Source: Macrostomum lignano (lineage: Eukaryota). From it: DNA of 64,000 nt. The notes under the pieces were generated by a model. The model worked only from the letters and a program-made list of their open reading frames with translations, was not told the origin of the DNA and made no database searches. Shown one piece after another: positions 61,012-64,000 of the stretch. The stretch spans positions 22,141 through 86,140 of the forward strand of contig NIVC01001624.1 in the NCBI GenBank assembly GCA_002269645.1, written 5' to 3'. Position numbers and translations under genes: made by a program. The stretch's first letter is position 1. Every line of letters begins with the position of its first letter.

Positions 61012-62636
61012 CTACTCAGTCACTGTCTTGCTCAAAAGTAGCCAAGGTGCTCGCGGCGTGTCGCTTTGACGGAAGAGAAAAAATTCCTCGGATTCGCTGT
61101 TGAATTGTGATTCATCATTCACCACGACGCATGTCAAACTTGAGGTCTCGTTCGAAGCCTCCTGGACATGTTTCTCCACTTCCTTCGCAATGAGCTGATA
61201 ATCCACATTAGTGCGACAAGCGTTATTGCGCAGAGCCTTCACCGCAGAGGTGTAGGCATGGAGCCTTTTTCGATAGGGCATATTGCTCTGTTTTGCACTA
61301 ACAAAGCCATATGACGCATCACAGAATTGTAGGAAAACTTGAAATTCGTCGTCAGGATCCGTCTAAAACAAAAGCATTCATTGTAACTCTAAGCTACGAT
61401 AAACTCCAACAAAGTAACTCGTGCTCACCTCACACTTTCGGTAGACCAGACAAAATTTTGCGGGGTGCAGCTCTTCGGCAGTTGTCTGTCTTTCATCTAG
61501 CAGTGACAGCCAAATAGCCGTTGGATAAAATCCCAGATTTAAGAGATTCAACCCGCTGTTTGTGTAGTTGTCAATTAGAAAAATGGCGCCATCTTCTGGA
61601 AGCAGCCGTGCCAGATCCTCAACAAATACTTCAGCTGAATCAAAAACTCCACCAACAAAGCTCAAGACGGCGATGTCGAATTCAGTTACTGAGTTTTGCA
61701 CGAACTCCATCATATCCTGCTGCACAAAAACTGACTTCACTGAAGCATTCGAAATTCTGCAGCAGTTGGTTAAGAAGGCCTTCTTCGGCCACCAGAATTT
61801 ATCAACGCCAATGCAGCTAAACTCGCCTTGCTGGTTGGTTCGCTCTGCCCAGACATCCAGTACCGCCAGCAGCTCGCTACCCGGCCCGCAGCCCAATGAA
61901 AGCACACGGAAGCTGTTTGTTTTCTTGTTCCAGTGTTTATCAAGATGCTTTCTGAGCTGCCTTTCAAAAGATATTTTGAACTTTTTTACTTTCTTAGGCA
62001 TGTGCTTCTTGGTGTAGCCACTCAGCAGGTCAGGACGCTCATAATAGAAGTAGGTGTCCTTTTTTGCGGCTGCCTCCCAAGACTCAAGCGCTTCTTTTTC
62101 CTCCTTAGAAAGTTTCTCTTCAAACAGATGTGACTGCCTGGGCTCGTACTTTAAAATCTCATCCAGGGCTCTTCGCACAACCTGCTGCGCGTCATCAAGA
62201 TTGCCGTCAGTTGACCTCAGCCTCCATGACAGCAGCTCAACCATGCACTCAAATGCTGTTGAGCTTTTTAAGTTCTCATCTTGATTTACTAGATAAGCCG
62301 TGAACCTGAAAACATGAGCAGACTGATGCATTCAGATGAAAGTAACATTCTCACATTAGCTGAAGTTGAGCAAGTGCTAATCTACTCACACAATGCAGTC
62401 GTACTGCTCCTCCAGTCCTACATGTTCTTCAATTTCAGGGTTAGTGAAAATTTCTCGAGACTGCCTGGCCAGATTCTCAACCCCATCAGGTTTCGGATGC
62501 AGCTGAATATTTTCAGTATTTTCAACGTAGTTAAAGTAGCAACTAAATATCAAACGGAATTTCAACTCAGCGCTATTTTGATAAGCTCGCTCACCCTGAT
62601 CTTGTTGCAGACCGCCTTCCAGCCCTCGGATTTCGG
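61012..62636 (-). CDS. Class I SAM-dependent methyltransferase-like protein. Exons 62636-62595, 62502-62390, 62305-61429, 61287-61012; 5' end unresolved
   Basis: FRVLSLGCGPGSELLAV (motif I), GVDKFWWP, QDMMEF, FDIAVLSFV, RLLPEDGAIFLIDN. Three GT-AG introns with matching phases 0,2,0. Confidence 0.78.
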
Positions 62637-62814
62637 CTGAAATTCATCATGAAACAATTCTGGTAATGTCGTGTGAAGTTTTCAGGTCAATAAACGCCTC
62701 AGCATATATACTCAGCAACAGTGACGAGTATTGCGAGTGACGCCAGGATGTCCACACCTGGCCACTAAGCAGACCTAAGCCCAGGAACAACGCCCCGCCA
62801 CACCAAGCCGATGC

Positions 62815-63110
62815 TGTTAATCAACTGAAGGAACAGCTACAGCTGCGCACTCTGCGCTGGCCTTCCCGGTCCCCAGACATGAATCCCATCGAGCATGTCT
62901 GGGACTTCCTAAAAAGTAGCATTCGAAAAGAGAATCCACCATAGAATGTTGCGGAGAGCTCTGCGTCATGCCATTGAAAACGCTTCGGAGCAGCTTCCCC
63001 AAGACTTTCTGCGCCGCCTCATCCTTGGGATGCCCCGCAGAGTCGCCGCACTTCTGCATGCAAGGGGATCCCACACGCATCGCGATTCTAACTGAATATT
63101 GCATAAAAAA
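62815..63110 (+). mobile_element. Tc1-type transposase C-terminal remnant
   Basis: LRWPSRSPDMNPIEHVWDFLK and, after a frameshift, LPQDFLRRLILGMPRRVAALLHARGSHT. Confidence 0.88.
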
Positions 63111-63499
63111 TTTATGATTTTGTGCGACTGACGTTTACTACGAGTGTTGATATTCAATCAACCTTCCCTTCCTCACGGCGGCTTAGTTGCGTAACTTGAG
63201 GGTTGAATTGTGAGTGTGAAGTTGTCGCAATTTGGAGGGTGGAACTTTTGACTGTTGCTGAGTATATACGAACACAATCTTCAAAAGGATAAGCTGCAAA
63301 ATTATCGCATACCTGGAATGCTCTTTCGCGAATCGCTAGTCGGAGTTGCTTAGCAAACAGGTCATTCCACTACAAAGATTTGATAGGAATGCGAGAGGAA
63401 TTATTTGTTACAACTGAAAGGCTGGGTTTATGATCTGTTCGTTCCGATGCGGTTAGAAAAACACACAAATACGAGCTAAGACCGCATGAAGAGCTCAAA

Positions 63500-63965
63500 A
63501 CCGGCTGGAATTCATTGGATTTGGTTTTCTAAGAAACCGTATCAGAGCCGGATGATTAGAAATCCAGCCCTTGTCTAAACTTGGCCGCATTAAACTTTTA
63601 CGTTCATACAGTAGCCTTACAATCTGAGCCTTTCCAATGTGTTGGTTGAGCGCCTTGTCGATGTCGCAGAAATACGCCAAGATGTGCTGGCTCCGACTCA
63701 CTAGCATCTGCAAAGGTAAGCAAGAGTACCTGGGTATTTGGGCGGTATTGATAGCCATGTAGTAAATTGGAAGTATGCAGGTATTACCATTAGCTTCTCC
63801 AGAGTTTCTTGCAAGCCGTCCATCCAGAGCTGGTCTCGTTCGCTGTGATAATAACTCAGCTGACACAGAGCGATTTTGTGCAGACAGCAATAGGCACTGG
63901 CTGACATACTGCCGGCCACAAACAGATGGCCAAGAAAACTGTAAATATTTTTGGTGTTCCTTCAT
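63500..63965 (-). mobile_element. Degraded reverse transcriptase remnant, possibly DIRS/Ngaro type
   Basis: EHQKYLQFSW, a decayed Y.DD (ILAYFCDI) and ERKSLMRPS follow the order seen in DIRS RTs; heavily degenerate. Confidence 0.45.
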
Positions 63966-64000
63966 ATACGAGCTAGAACAGCGATAATTTTCTTATAGGC

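Noticed and set aside
36348-62636. Idea that the methyltransferase-like genes cause the hypermutated domain
   Set aside because: They lack cytosine-C5 methyltransferase catalytic motifs (PCQ, ENV); proximity alone is not evidence.

Overview
Eukaryotic (metazoan) genomic DNA. GC3-rich exons and minisatellite-filled introns resemble a Macrostomum-type flatworm (inference, not verified). I could model these genes by hand from GT-AG sites and reading phase: a PDZ+ZM (Zasp/ALP-Enigma type) gene running off the left edge, a 5-exon KDM4/JMJD2 histone demethylase, an intronless protein phosphatase inhibitor-2, and two paralogous secreted PAN/Apple + ALK/LTK-type glycine-rich-domain proteins. Also present are two divergent class I SAM-methyltransferase-like loci (one frameshifted) and a partly resolved type I membrane protein. 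The rest is about 20 tandem arrays and many transposon remnants (mariner, Tc1, hAT- and MULE-like MITEs, RTE LINEs, a CORE-like SINE, LTR and DIRS-like fragments). The most unusual signal is a ~10 kb domain (about 15400-25450) between the divergent KDM4 and inhibitor-2 genes. It is almost free of CpG. It holds a full-length mariner whose reading frame has no indels across the transposase, yet whose stops and motif changes are nearly all explained by C->T/G->A transitions on both strands, many outside CpG (RIP-like). It also carries ten copies of the palindrome TAGGCCTA, probably excision footprints. Other notable items are inverted minisatellite arrays flanking a symmetric KDM4 exon and intronic arrays built from amplified splice sites. 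All counts were made by eye; no alignment or database search was run.
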